Below, one piece after another: positions 39,729 to 50,023 of a stretch of 64,000 bases of DNA. Numbering within the stretch: position 1 is the stretch's first letter; each line of letters starts with the position of its first letter. The DNA is from an uncultured Planctomycetaceae bacterium (GTDB taxonomy: Bacteria; Planctomycetota; Planctomycetia; Pirellulales; PALSA-1355), in contig CALFYT010000003.1 in NCBI GenBank assembly GCA_937952415.1, positions 39,322 through 103,321 of the forward strand, in the 5' to 3' direction. Made by a program: the position numbers and the translations under genes. Under the pieces are notes generated by a model. That model was given only the letters and a program-made list of their open reading frames with translations. It ran no database searches and was not told the DNA's origin.

Positions 39729-40997
39729 ATGCCGTCGACCTCGACCGAACTCTCACGAGCGAACAACGTTGACGACTATCGCTGGCTGACTGGTCCGCAA
39801 GCCGCGGAGTTTCTCGCCATATCGTCGGCGTCGCCGCGGTCGCTGGCGGCGGAGATAAAACATCTGCGACGCGCACTTTCGGCCGAACGGGCCCACCTGA
39901 TCGTTGAACTCGTCGAACTCCGGCGGCGCGCCCAGGACAAGTTTGCCCTGGCCGGACAGATGTTTTTTACGCGTCGTGGACTCGAACAGGCGACCGACGA
40001 AATCGTGGCGGGCTACAAAGCTCTGAGATTCGCCCAAGCAGGCAAAGTCATCGATCTGTGCGCGGGTGTGGGCGGGGATTTACTCGCACTGGCCAACGTG
40101 GTTTCGACGACCGGGCTGGATCGTGACCCGATCATGGTGACGATCGCACAGGCCAATGCCCGCGTCGCGCAGGAGCAAACCCTGGCCGGCCGGACGGCCG
40201 AGCCCGTCGACGTGCGTGTACAAGACGTGGCCGACGCGAACGTCCAGCATTGCAGTGCATGGCACATCGATCCGGACCGTCGTCCATCGGGCCGCCGGAC
40301 GACGCGTGTCGCACTGCACGAGCCGGGGGTCGAAACCCTCGAACGCCTGCGTGCCGCCAATCCCAACGCGGCAATCAAACTGGCGCCGGCAGCCGAGTTG
40401 CCCGAAACGTGGTCCGGCGAGGCAGAACTGGAATGGATCGGCCGTAGCCGGCAGTGCCGCCAACTGGTCGCATGGTTTGGCGAATTGGCAATTTCGCCAG
40501 GAGAGCGTCGCGCGACGATCCTTGGCAGCCAGACGTCGCTGGTCCGCACGATCGTCGGCACCGCGCTGGAAGAGCCGAAGCCGGTCGGTCGCGTAGGCCG
40601 GTTCGTGTTCGAGCCCGACGCAACCGTCTTGGCCGCACAGTTGGGCGGCGCGTTGGCGGCCGAACACGATCTTGCGCGGATCACGCGGGGTATCGCCTAT
40701 TGGACCGGCGATGCGCCGATCGACGACGCGGCCTTGGCCTGTTTCGAGGTACATGCCGTGCTGCCGCTGGATGTGAAGCGCGTACGGGATGTGCTCGCAG
40801 CGCGCAACATCGGCCGATTGGAAATCAAGAAGCGGGGCGTGGATTGCCAGCCAGAATCGCTCCGCCGCCAACTGCGGCCCACTGGTTCCGAAGCCGGTAC
40901 TTTGCTCGTCACACGAATCGAAGGCCGCGTGACGGCGATTATTGCGCAGCGGCGCCCCGCCACGATGCCCAGTTCAGACGCCGCCGATAGCGCGTAA
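39729..40997 (+). CDS. class I SAM-dependent methyltransferase with a THUMP-like C-terminal domain
   Basis: SAM-binding motif I VIDLCAGVGGDLLAL. 422 aa. The domain assignment of the C-terminal half is from memory. Confidence 0.65.
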   Translation: MPSTSTELSRANNVDDYRWLTGPQAAEFLAISSASPRSLAAEIKHLRRALSAERAHLIVELVELRRRAQDKFALAGQMFFTRRGLEQATDEIVAGYKALRFAQAGKVIDLCAGVGGDLLALANVVSTTGLDRDPIMVTIAQANARVAQEQTLAGRTAEPVDVRVQDVADANVQHCSAWHIDPDRRPSGRRTTRVALHEPGVETLERLRAANPNAAIKLAPAAELPETWSGEAELEWIGRSRQCRQLVAWFGELAISPGERRATILGSQTSLVRTIVGTALEEPKPVGRVGRFVFEPDATVLAAQLGGALAAEHDLARITRGIAYWTGDAPIDDAALACFEVHAVLPLDVKRVRDVLAARNIGRLEIKKRGVDCQPESLRRQLRPTGSEAGTLLVTRIEGRVTAIIAQRRPATMPSSDAADSA

Positions 40998-41036
40998 GCA
41001 GATTGCCCACCAGGTGAGTGCCCCGGTTAACGCGGA

Positions 41037-42101
41037 TTATCCGCGCTTGGTGGTCTTTTTCTTGGCGGCCGACTTTTTGTTGGCGTCCTTTGCCGCGGGT
41101 TTGGCCTCCGAGGGCTTGGCCGCGACCGATGCCTCATCGTCCAAGGTCTTTTCGGTGAAGCGGGTCAGGTAGTGCATGCTGCTGGACGGACCACTGAATC
41201 CGATCACTCGACGGTCCAAATCAAGCTGCTGGTTGATCACGCGACCGGCGGCGATATCGAACCGCACGTGTCCCGATGACAGCCGTTGGATCAGTTGCGC
41301 TTCGATGGCCGGCTCGTGAATCGGCGTCAGAATCTGTGTGTCGACGGCGATCGTTGCCACGTCGTGCGCAACCTTCTCCAGCGTAAATTTCTGTCGAGTC
41401 TTGATCGTTTTCATTCCGCCGTTGGATAGGGCCACTTGAATGTCCATCGGCGTCGACCAGCTTTCGTCGATCGCCACGGGATGGTCAGGCAGCGGAATCG
41501 TGATTTGTGTCGAAAGGGCCGCCGGCTGTGCACGCTTCTCCTGGCGCTTCAGAACTTCGCCCCGGTCACTCATCGTGATCACCGTCAGCGGAATTCCCAC
41601 CGATGCGGCCGCTTCCTCGTAGCCGGGCGGGACCTCCGTGTCGGTTTCACTGTTGTAGCGCACCTCGGAGCGACCCTGCGTCTTTTGCCACATGTCGATA
41701 CTCTCGACCGAGTGCGTAAACGTCACTTGGCCGTCGGTCACGTCGCCGATGACCCAGCGCTTGATCGACTTGCTGAGCGTTTCTGCCGTCTGGCTGGTAC
41801 CCTGGATCGTGGTTTGCACGGTAGCCCGATGCACGACTTCGGTGCGGATCACGTCACCGGGCGAGAACTTGTAGTGCAGGTCGTATTTCTGGCCGGCCTG
41901 GCTATTCTTGTCGCCGGCTTGCGGCTGCACCTCGGCCTTCTTCTTGGCTGGCGGTGCCGGCGGGGCTTCGTCGGTCACCTTGATTTCAGTCGACGGTGCG
42001 GGAGGAGCTTCGTCCGTCGTAGGAGGTTCTGCCGCGGTGGCCGCGATTGCAGCGAGTGCGATCCAGCAGCAGACGAACAGGGCGAAAGAGTGCTTCACCA
42101 T
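41037..42101 (-). CDS. secreted hypothetical protein with a Lys-rich C-terminal tail
   Basis: ATG 42101 has an AAGGAAG SD. Signal peptide MVKHSFALFVCCWIALAAIAATAA. The tail ends AKDANKKSAAKKKTTKRG. Confidence 0.6.
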   Translation of the reverse strand: MVKHSFALFVCCWIALAAIAATAAEPPTTDEAPPAPSTEIKVTDEAPPAPPAKKKAEVQPQAGDKNSQAGQKYDLHYKFSPGDVIRTEVVHRATVQTTIQGTSQTAETLSKSIKRWVIGDVTDGQVTFTHSVESIDMWQKTQGRSEVRYNSETDTEVPPGYEEAAASVGIPLTVITMSDRGEVLKRQEKRAQPAALSTQITIPLPDHPVAIDESWSTPMDIQVALSNGGMKTIKTRQKFTLEKVAHDVATIAVDTQILTPIHEPAIEAQLIQRLSSGHVRFDIAAGRVINQQLDLDRRVIGFSGPSSSMHYLTRFTEKTLDDEASVAAKPSEAKPAAKDANKKSAAKKKTTKRG

Positions 42102-42242
42102 GACACGCTTCCTTTCGAGTCGTGGTCGGTTTGATCTTGGCGGCGCTAATCGCCGTGCACTGGATGGCCGGCTTGTCTCCAAAGCCGCATGCGAGCCGAT
42201 TTCGAGCGTGCCCGACGGCTTCCCGCGGTGTTGTGGGCCGTG

Positions 42243-43130
42243 CTACGAACTCTTCGTGTTCAGCCGGCCGCCCCAGCCCAGTTTTTCTCGCAGGGTTTTG
42301 TAATAGCTGTGTCCCGGCAGGGCCACGCGCTTAAGCTTGGAATCCGAACGCTCGACGCGCACCCGATCGTTCGGTTGGACTTTGCACAGGACGCGCCCGT
42401 CGGCCACGATTGACGTTCCCTCGTGCGGTCGTGGAACCACCATTTCGAAGACACGATCGGCCGAGTCGACGACAGGCCGATTGGTCAACGTGTGGGGACT
42501 GATCGGCAGGATGACAAAGGCTTGCAGGTCTTGGCGCAAGATCGGTCCACCGGCCGAAAGACTGTGCGCAGTCGAACCAACCGGTGTGCTGATGATCAGG
42601 CCGTCGCAACTATAGGTCGTGACCAATTCTGCGTCAACGTAAAGATCGACGTCCAATATCGAGAACGGCGGGCCGGCTAGCACCGCCACCTCGTTGAGTC
42701 CTACGTGCTCGTGCAGCGTCTTTTCACCGCGGAGGACGCGGCACTCGAACATCAAATGTTCGACCACCGATAAGTTGCTGCCGCAGATTGCGGGCAACTG
42801 GTCCTGGAAATCCGCAGGCGAAAGATCGGCCAAGAAACCTAGTTTTCCCAGGTTGACGCCTACAAGCGGGCGTTGGTTGCGGCCCATTTGCTGTGCTGCG
42901 CGCAAGAGCGACCCATCGCCGCCGACGACGACGGCAACGTCGAAGTCGACTTCGCCTAAGTCAGTGCCTGCATCCAAGTCACCGCGCAGCACATCGGCCG
43001 ATTGCTCGGCCAGCTTGGCGATCCGCTGGGCCTCGGCGGCCATCTCAGGCCGGCCAGCGGCGGCCAATAGCATCAGCTTCGATCGCTTGCCGGCGCTCGT
43101 ACGATCGGTCGTGGCGGGCTGCGCAGCCAT
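42243..43130 (-). CDS. nadK: NAD+ kinase
   Basis: VVVGGDGSLLRAA and NLGKLGFLAD motifs. 295 aa. Confidence 0.92.
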   Translation of the reverse strand: MAAQPATTDRTSAGKRSKLMLLAAAGRPEMAAEAQRIAKLAEQSADVLRGDLDAGTDLGEVDFDVAVVVGGDGSLLRAAQQMGRNQRPLVGVNLGKLGFLADLSPADFQDQLPAICGSNLSVVEHLMFECRVLRGEKTLHEHVGLNEVAVLAGPPFSILDVDLYVDAELVTTYSCDGLIISTPVGSTAHSLSAGGPILRQDLQAFVILPISPHTLTNRPVVDSADRVFEMVVPRPHEGTSIVADGRVLCKVQPNDRVRVERSDSKLKRVALPGHSYYKTLREKLGWGGRLNTKSS

Positions 43131-43257
43131 AGTCTCTTGATGATAGATGGTGGCACCGGCGACGGAAAGCCGGAGATCACCCGTGCCATGCGGGCGGGGC
43201 TGGGAATAATACGTATTCGCCGGACGCGGCAGACGGCGCGACTTCAGCCCACTCGGC

Positions 43258-45171
43258 TCAGCTCACGCGGCGCCGATCGGCCACCTCGACGCCGGCACGT
43301 TTCGCCATCTGCCGGCAGGCTGCGGCGATCCCCGCAGCGTCTAACCCCAGATCGGCCAGCAACTCGCCGCGCTCGGCATGTTCCACGAACTGATCGGGGA
43401 TGCCCAGCCGGCGGACGTTTGCGGCGCTCGCGCCGGCATCGGCAGCCGCCTCGACCACGGCGCTGCCAAACCCGCCGGCCAGGGCCGCCTCTTCCACGGT
43501 CACCACGAACGGGCAATCGGTGACCGCGCGGAGGATGGTGTCGGAGTCCAACGGTTTGACGAAGCGGGCGTTGATCACGCCGACGTCGAGCCCCTCATCG
43601 CGCAGCGTCGAGGCAGCCGCCAAGCAATTGGTCAGCAGCGTGCCGCAGCAGACGATCATCCCATCGTGTCCCCACTCAAGCACCTCGGCGCGACCAAGCT
43701 CGACCGGCGCGCGGCTACCCGTGACCTTTTCTGCGGCCGTTTTCGGATAACGGATCGAACAAGGCGCATCGTGGCCGAGCGCAAAGGCGATCATCTCGCG
43801 CACGTCCGTTTCGTCGCCCGGCGCCATTACGACCATGTTCGGCAGCAGCCGCATGTATCCCAAGTCGAACGCGCCATGGTGCGTGGGCCCGTCGGGTCCA
43901 GTGAGTCCGGCCCGATCGAGCACGAACGTCACCGGAAGATTCTGTAGCGTGACTTCTTGGAAGATCTGATCGTAGCTGCGTTGCAGAAACGTGCTGTAGA
44001 TATCAACGATTGGCCGCATCCCGGCTTTGGCTTGGCCGGCTGCAAAGGCGACAGTGTGCGCTTCGCAGATGCCGGTGTCAAAGAACCGATCGGGGAATGT
44101 TTGTCGAACGCTCTCCAGTTTGGTGCCTTGACACATGGCCGCCGTCATGACCGTAACGCGCGGGTCGGCCTCCATCTGCCGGTAGATTTCCTCGCTGCCA
44201 ATATTGGTATAGGCCTTCGAAGAGCTCTTTTTGAATGCGACGATGCCTTGCTCTTCGCGGGTGAAAGGGGCCGGCGTGTGGAAGAAGACCGGATCCTCGG
44301 CCGCCGGCTGAAACCCGTGCCCTTTCTCGGTCACAACGTGCAGCAGCACGGGCCCTTCGAGATCCTTGACCATCGAAAGGTACTTGCACAGTTGCGGGAT
44401 GCTGTGCCCGTCAACCGGCCCCATGTAGCGGAAGTTGAGCTCTTCGAAGAGCATCCCGCCGTGCAGCCCGGCTTTGACGGCCTCCTTCACCTGGGCCAGG
44501 AATCGCTCCGCCGGATCGCCCAGCAGCGGCACCTTGTTGAGCACCTTGAGCACTTCGGTCTTCAGCCCGGTGTAGATCGAGTTGACGCGCAGCCGGTCGA
44601 GGTATTCGCCCATGCCGCCAACCCGTGGACAGATCGACATTTGATTGTCGTTAAGCACGACCAGCAGGTTCTTCCGCAGCCCGCCGATGTTGTTCATCGC
44701 CTCGTAGACGATGCCCGACGGAAACGCGCCGTCACCGATGACTGCCACGGCGTGGCGATCGTCTTCGCCGAGCAGGTCGTCGCCGGTGCGCAGTCCGAGC
44801 AGAGTCGACACGCTGCATCCGGCATGCCCGGTCATGAACAGATCGTATTCGCTCTCGTTCGGATTGGGGTAGCCCATCAGGCCGCCCTTGGTGCGAATCG
44901 TTGAGAACTCGTGGTAGCGACCCGTAATGAGCTTGTGGGGATAGATTTGATGACCGGTGTCCCAGATGAGCCGATCGCGGCTGAAGTCAAACGTCTTGTG
45001 CAGCGCCAGGCAAAGCTCCACTACTCCCAAATTCGACGCGAAGTGCGCCGTGCGACTCGTGACCAGGTTGCAGAGCGCTTCGCGCATCTCGCCGGCCAGT
45101 TGTTCCAACTGCGCGGACGAAAGGTCCTGGAGATCGCGGGGCGACTCGATTTTGGACAACAGTTGATCCAT
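43258..45171 (-). CDS. dxs: 1-deoxy-D-xylulose-5-phosphate synthase
   Basis: ATG 45171 (MDQLLSKIESPRDLQ). DTGHQIYPHKLITGR and the TPP motif IGDGAFPSG. The start overlaps the ispA stop by 1 nt (TGATG). Confidence 0.95.
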   Translation of the reverse strand: MDQLLSKIESPRDLQDLSSAQLEQLAGEMREALCNLVTSRTAHFASNLGVVELCLALHKTFDFSRDRLIWDTGHQIYPHKLITGRYHEFSTIRTKGGLMGYPNPNESEYDLFMTGHAGCSVSTLLGLRTGDDLLGEDDRHAVAVIGDGAFPSGIVYEAMNNIGGLRKNLLVVLNDNQMSICPRVGGMGEYLDRLRVNSIYTGLKTEVLKVLNKVPLLGDPAERFLAQVKEAVKAGLHGGMLFEELNFRYMGPVDGHSIPQLCKYLSMVKDLEGPVLLHVVTEKGHGFQPAAEDPVFFHTPAPFTREEQGIVAFKKSSSKAYTNIGSEEIYRQMEADPRVTVMTAAMCQGTKLESVRQTFPDRFFDTGICEAHTVAFAAGQAKAGMRPIVDIYSTFLQRSYDQIFQEVTLQNLPVTFVLDRAGLTGPDGPTHHGAFDLGYMRLLPNMVVMAPGDETDVREMIAFALGHDAPCSIRYPKTAAEKVTGSRAPVELGRAEVLEWGHDGMIVCCGTLLTNCLAAASTLRDEGLDVGVINARFVKPLDSDTILRAVTDCPFVVTVEEAALAGGFGSAVVEAAADAGASAANVRRLGIPDQFVEHAERGELLADLGLDAAGIAAACRQMAKRAGVEVADRRRVS

Positions 45172-46139
45172 CAATGGTCCCTTTCCACGATATAGTGAGC
45201 CAGCGCGTAAAGCGGCTCGGCGTGCGACGCCAGCGGCTCGAGCGCCGCGCATGCCTCTTCGACGAGTTGTGTGGCTCGTCGCTCGCTCTGGTCGACGCCC
45301 AACAGCGCGGGAAAAGTCAATTTACCGCGGCCGGAATCCTTACCAACCCGTTTGCCCATCGCCGCGGCGTCGCCGCGAACGTCGAGCAGATCGTCCGCGA
45401 TCTGAAACGCCAACCCAATGCAGCGCCCATATTGCGACAGTGCCGCAAGTTGCTCATCGTCTGCGCCAGCGATCAGCGCGCCAAGCTCTAACGACGCCAA
45501 TAACATAGCGCCTGTCTTGCGACGATGAATCCGCTCGAGGGTCTCGAGCTGGCCGTCGGAGAACTGCTCGCCTAGATCGTCGGCCTGGCCACCGACCAAA
45601 GCGCTGGCTCCGGCCGCCGCGGCCAACACACGGCAACACTCCGCCGCCACGGCGGGCGGTTGCACATCGCGGGCCAGGATCTCGAACGCGCGGGTCAAAA
45701 GCGCGTCGCCGGCCAGGATGGCCAACGCCTCGTCGAACTGCTTGTGACAGGTCGGACGTCCGCGCCGTAGGTCGTCATCGTCCATCGCCGGCAAGTCGTC
45801 GTGAACCAGCGAGTACGCGTGGACCATCTCCACCGCGCAAGCCGCCGGCAGTGCCGCCTGGCGATCCCCTTGGCACGCCTCGGCCGCGGCCAACACCAGC
45901 ATCGGCCTCAGCCGCTTGCCGGGCGCCAACAGGCTGTAGCGGATCGCTTCACGCAATCGGTCGGGACAGCCGGGACCGAACTCAATCTGTTCGGTCAACG
46001 CCCGATCGACAAGGGTGCGCACTTCCTGGGCGTAGCGGTCCAAGGAAAACGATGTGCTCCCGACCATGAAACGAAATGCCGCCTGGGGTTGCGATTCGGA
46101 AGGTAGCAACCGGGTCAACGAGCGCGATTGCATCGTCAC
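45171..46139 (-). CDS. ispA: farnesyl/geranylgeranyl diphosphate synthase (polyprenyl synthetase)
   Basis: FARM LVHDDLPAMDDDDLRRG and SARM FQIADDLLD. Start is GTG 46139 or ATG 46133. Confidence 0.9.
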   Translation of the reverse strand: MTMQSRSLTRLLPSESQPQAAFRFMVGSTSFSLDRYAQEVRTLVDRALTEQIEFGPGCPDRLREAIRYSLLAPGKRLRPMLVLAAAEACQGDRQAALPAACAVEMVHAYSLVHDDLPAMDDDDLRRGRPTCHKQFDEALAILAGDALLTRAFEILARDVQPPAVAAECCRVLAAAAGASALVGGQADDLGEQFSDGQLETLERIHRRKTGAMLLASLELGALIAGADDEQLAALSQYGRCIGLAFQIADDLLDVRGDAAAMGKRVGKDSGRGKLTFPALLGVDQSERRATQLVEEACAALEPLASHAEPLYALAHYIVERDH

Positions 46140-46143
46140 TATT

Positions 46144-46515
46144 CTAGAAGAGGCGTGCCGGCCCGTCTATCTCGTCGTCGGTCTGCTTCGGCTGGGATGA
46201 CTTAGTGCGCGAACGCCTACGGCCTCGTTTTTCGGCCTTTTCCTCCAACGACGTCGAGCCCTCGTCCATTGGTTCGCATTCTTCTTGACCGTCAGCGTCG
46301 ACGCGATTTAACAGCTCGATTCGCCGCTGGGCGTGGTCGAGCAATTGATAGCACTTGCGCAGCAGCTTGACGCCCTCTTCGTAATGCGTCAGACCCTCGG
46401 ATAAGCCCGACTGCCCTTGCTCCAGCTCTTCGACGATCTCTTCGAGCCGCTCCAGGGCCTGCTCAAAAGTCGGCTCGTCGGCGGACGCATCTTGTGAACG
46501 TTTTTGCTTGGTCAC
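46144..46515 (-). CDS. xseB: exodeoxyribonuclease VII small subunit with an extended basic/acidic C-terminal tail
   Basis: PTFEQALERLEEIVEELEQG core. 123 aa, versus roughly 70-80 for typical XseB as I remember it. The start overlaps the xseA stop (ATGA). Confidence 0.85.
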   Translation of the reverse strand: MTKQKRSQDASADEPTFEQALERLEEIVEELEQGQSGLSEGLTHYEEGVKLLRKCYQLLDHAQRRIELLNRVDADGQEECEPMDEGSTSLEEKAEKRGRRRSRTKSSQPKQTDDEIDGPARLF

Positions 46516-47822
46516 TTTCCGCCTCCTCCGCGATTCTCTTGAGCCGCAGCGCCAGTCGTTTGCGACGAATCCGACTCGGTCGATACGGCCTCAACCCGAC
46601 TGGTAAGTTCGCCAGCCGCCAGCCGCGTACGCATCAGGTCGCCGCGCGCAATTTGGTCGGCGCGGTGCAGTAGTTGGCCGTCGGCCGCGCGACTTGTCAG
46701 GCTATAGCCTCGCCCCAAGACTGCCAAGGGGCTCAACGACTCCAACCGCCCAGCGTGAGCGTCGAGCAAACCGCGCGCGACTTCAAGTCGCCGATCGACC
46801 GCCCGCCGCGCACGTGCCTGCAACTCGTCGAGCTGTCGCCCGAGCAGTTGAACTCGCTCTAGGGGTCGGCGAAATGTTCGACAACCGGCCGCTGCGTCGA
46901 GTCGTGCCTTGGCGGCAGCGGCCCGAGCGGTCATGGCGGCGGCCAATCGTTGGCGCTGCGTGTGCAAAAAGCCACGAATCTCTTCAGCCAGCGGCACGAC
47001 GCGCTCGGCGGCCTCGCTGGGCGTCAGAGCCCGCACGTCGGCCACGAGGTCCGACAGCGTCACGTCGATTTCATGGCCCACGGCCGACACGACCGGCACC
47101 CGCGAAGCGTGAATCGCGCGGACGACGATCTCTTCGTTGAACGCCCAAAGATCCTCCAGGCTGCCGCCCCCGCGGCCGACGACCAACACGTCGACCTGCT
47201 CGGCCAGCCGGTTCACTGTTTCAATGCCGGCGGCGATTTCCTCCGCCGAGCCATCTCCCTGCACGCGCACGGGTACGACCAGCACGTGGACCCCGTGCCA
47301 TCTGCGTCGCAAAACTTCCAGAAAGTCGCGGATGGCGGCGCCCGTGGGACTGGTCACAAACGCGATGCGCCGTGGAAAGCGCGGCAACGGGCGTTTGCGG
47401 CCTGGGTCGAACAGGCCTTCGGCCGCAAGTCGCTCGCGCAATTGCCGCAATGCAAGCTCCAGCGCACCCAAGCCCTGCGGCTCGATCTGTTCGATCACCA
47501 ATTGGTAGCTGCCGCGCGGCGGATAAACGTCGACATGGCCTTGGCAGACAACCTGGAGCCCGTCATCCAGTTCGAATCGGACACGGCTGGCCACATTGCG
47601 CCACATGACGGCGCGGATTTGGGCCCGATCGTCCTTGAGCGTCAAGTAGCAGTGGCCTGATTGCGGGCGCGAAAAGTTCGATACCTCGCCGCCGACCCAA
47701 ACCGACGGAAACTCGCCTTCCAAGACGTCCTTAATCCGGCCGGTTAGCTCCGAGACCGAAACCACACGCTGCGGCGACGCGTCGTCGGAGGTCATCGAAG
47801 GAGGGCGTTGGTCGAACGTCAT
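46512..47822 (-). CDS. xseA: exodeoxyribonuclease VII large subunit
   Basis: ATG 47822. The N-terminal OB fold (VSVSELTGRIKDVLEGEFPSVWVGGEVSNFSRPQSGHCYLTLKD) is followed by the catalytic and coiled-coil regions. Confidence 0.9.
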   Translation of the reverse strand: MTFDQRPPSMTSDDASPQRVVSVSELTGRIKDVLEGEFPSVWVGGEVSNFSRPQSGHCYLTLKDDRAQIRAVMWRNVASRVRFELDDGLQVVCQGHVDVYPPRGSYQLVIEQIEPQGLGALELALRQLRERLAAEGLFDPGRKRPLPRFPRRIAFVTSPTGAAIRDFLEVLRRRWHGVHVLVVPVRVQGDGSAEEIAAGIETVNRLAEQVDVLVVGRGGGSLEDLWAFNEEIVVRAIHASRVPVVSAVGHEIDVTLSDLVADVRALTPSEAAERVVPLAEEIRGFLHTQRQRLAAAMTARAAAAKARLDAAAGCRTFRRPLERVQLLGRQLDELQARARRAVDRRLEVARGLLDAHAGRLESLSPLAVLGRGYSLTSRAADGQLLHRADQIARGDLMRTRLAAGELTSRVEAVSTESDSSQTTGAAAQENRGGGGK

Positions 47823-47913
47823 GACAACACGGCGCGCGGCGGCCGCTGTTGGTAAGCAATCGCGGCGCACAAGCACCGCCGTCGGCCAATATATCGCGCT
47901 GCGGCGCGCGCGG

Positions 47914-48741
47914 CTATGTACGCAAGTCTTGCGCTGTCGCGGCACCAAGCCCAACGTGTGGCGGCGGCGCCGCATGCGCAGGCTCAGGGTGCAACCGGGA
48001 CCAGGCGGGTTGGCGACGGGCGACGACCTCGCCGACTTTCGGAGTACGCGCCGTGGCCCAGGCTTCGGCCTCGAGCGTAAGGCGATTCAGTAGCCGCTCG
48101 ACCTTTAGCCGGTAGTGCTCGACGCCTTCGCGATCCAACTTGGGCGGCACCACGATCGGTGGTCCGATGACTCCGCAGCTACGCGAATACGGCTTGGGGA
48201 TGGCAAACCGGTCCCAAGTCGGCAGGCGCCACGGCGAATCGTAGCCAAACCCCATCGCTACCAGCGGCATGCCCAATCGCGACGACAGATAGATCGGCCC
48301 TTGGGCCAACACGCGCCGGGGCCCGCGCGGCCCATCCGGAGTGATGGCCAGGTTCATGTGCCGACCGCGTCGTTCCAGTTCGCGCAGCGCCGTGGCGCCG
48401 CCCCCGAACGTCGAGCCGCGCACGAACTCGAAGCCGAGATGCCGCGCGGTCTCCAACAGGATATCGGCGTCGCGATGCCGGCTCAGCAGCATCGACAGAT
48501 TGCAGTTGCCTCGCAAGTACAGCGGCGCGAGGATGTTCTCGTGCCAGAAGATATAGATCTTCTGACCCCGCCAGCGCGGATCGACCGGGTCGACCGACGG
48601 ATCGTAGAGCGCGCCCTTGTAGTCGAGCGTCGACATCCATGCTCGGACGGTCGAAGCGGCCAGCAGCCCGGCGACCTTCATTCCGAAGCGGCCTAGCCGC
48701 GTTGGATGCTTGCGTTTCTTCTTCCGCGGCTTCCCTGCCAT
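47914..48741 (-). CDS. DUF374 / lysophospholipid-acyltransferase-like protein
   Basis: ATG 48741 (MAGKPRKKKRK). Core FWHENILAP...SRHRDADIL...RGSTFGGGATAL...ITPDGPRGP resembles DUF374. The family name is from memory. Confidence 0.65.
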   Translation of the reverse strand: MAGKPRKKKRKHPTRLGRFGMKVAGLLAASTVRAWMSTLDYKGALYDPSVDPVDPRWRGQKIYIFWHENILAPLYLRGNCNLSMLLSRHRDADILLETARHLGFEFVRGSTFGGGATALRELERRGRHMNLAITPDGPRGPRRVLAQGPIYLSSRLGMPLVAMGFGYDSPWRLPTWDRFAIPKPYSRSCGVIGPPIVVPPKLDREGVEHYRLKVERLLNRLTLEAEAWATARTPKVGEVVARRQPAWSRLHPEPAHAAPPPHVGLGAATAQDLRT

Positions 48742-48848
48742 CGGATCGGGTTCCTCGTGCGTGTCGGAGTCGGTGCATGCATCGTCGGCGCTTCGTCGCT
48801 TGCCGAGTGCGATGCGCGGCGGCAGTATATCGGAAATGCCGATTTGAC

Positions 48849-49733
48849 TTAAGACGGCCACTCGGCCGAAAAAACCTCCTCGGCGGCACCCGGCATGAAA
48901 ATGTGATTGTCTTCGGCCCACTCGAGCTCCAAGTCGCCGCCGGGCAAATGAGCCAGGATCTTCCGCTCGGTCTGACCCGCCAGGCTACCAGCGACACACA
49001 CCGCCGACGCGCCGGTGCCGCACGCCAGCGTAATGCCGCTACCACGCTCCCAGGTCCGCATCGTCACTTCGCCAGGCCCGTGAACCTGAACGAAATGGAC
49101 GTTGACTCGGCGCGGAAAGATCGCGTGCGTCTCGAATGCCGGTCCGATCAGTTCCAGCGGCACGGCCGCCACGTCGCGGCAGTAGAGCACGGCATGGGGA
49201 TTGCCGGTCGACACACATGTCATACGCGGATCGAGTCCGCTGGCGGCAATCCAACCGTCAATGTCCTTGAGCGTGACGTGCGGCTCCAGCGGGTAGTTGA
49301 CGATGCGCTCCAGCGACGTCTCGCCGGGCAACTTGACTGGGATCTCAGCCGGAGTAAGGATCGGCTCTCCCATATCAACCCGCACCCGTCGCACCCGATC
49401 GTCGGCGACTTCCAGATCAAGCGTGAGCACGCCGGCGCCGGTTTCGATATCCAGGACCGGCTTTCGAGCGATGCCGTGATCGTAGACGTACTTGGCGACG
49501 CACCGTACGCCATTGCCGCACATCTCCGCCTCGGAGCCGTCCGCGTTGAACATTCGCATCCGCGCCGCGGCCACCTCCGACGGACAGATGAAGATCATGC
49601 CGTCGGCGCCGACACCGAAATGCCGATCGGCCATCTTCCGCGTCAACTCCGCCGGATTGTCCGGGAACGGCTCTTGGAAGCAATCGACGTACAAGTAGTC
49701 GTTGCCGATTCCGTGCATCTTGGTGAATCGCAT
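48849..49733 (-). CDS. dapF: diaminopimelate epimerase
   Basis: ATG 49733 (MRFTKMHGIGNDYLYVD). Catalytic Cys motifs MCGNGVRC and ACGTGASA. Confidence 0.93.
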   Translation of the reverse strand: MRFTKMHGIGNDYLYVDCFQEPFPDNPAELTRKMADRHFGVGADGMIFICPSEVAAARMRMFNADGSEAEMCGNGVRCVAKYVYDHGIARKPVLDIETGAGVLTLDLEVADDRVRRVRVDMGEPILTPAEIPVKLPGETSLERIVNYPLEPHVTLKDIDGWIAASGLDPRMTCVSTGNPHAVLYCRDVAAVPLELIGPAFETHAIFPRRVNVHFVQVHGPGEVTMRTWERGSGITLACGTGASAVCVAGSLAGQTERKILAHLPGGDLELEWAEDNHIFMPGAAEEVFSAEWPS

Positions 49734-50023
49734 GGATCGCTCACATTGGGTTGCCAGCAACGACACGTTGTTTTGTGGTTCGCGTCACACCGGTTCGCTC
49801 GCGGCAGCCGCTCGCTGAAGCTCGCCAGACGTGTCCCGGTTCGACAGGCCGAGTGTTGCACCAGCCCGCCCGGCGCGCCGCGCGGGGAAAGCATTCTAGG
49901 CCGCTTCGTGCGCGCCGGCAAACCCGTCGGGTCGTATCCGAGTGTGAGCTTCCGTTATGCAACATGACACGCACACGACGCGCCCGGTTCACTTCGCTAC
50001 GAGCATCCCGCGACGCGCGTGCC

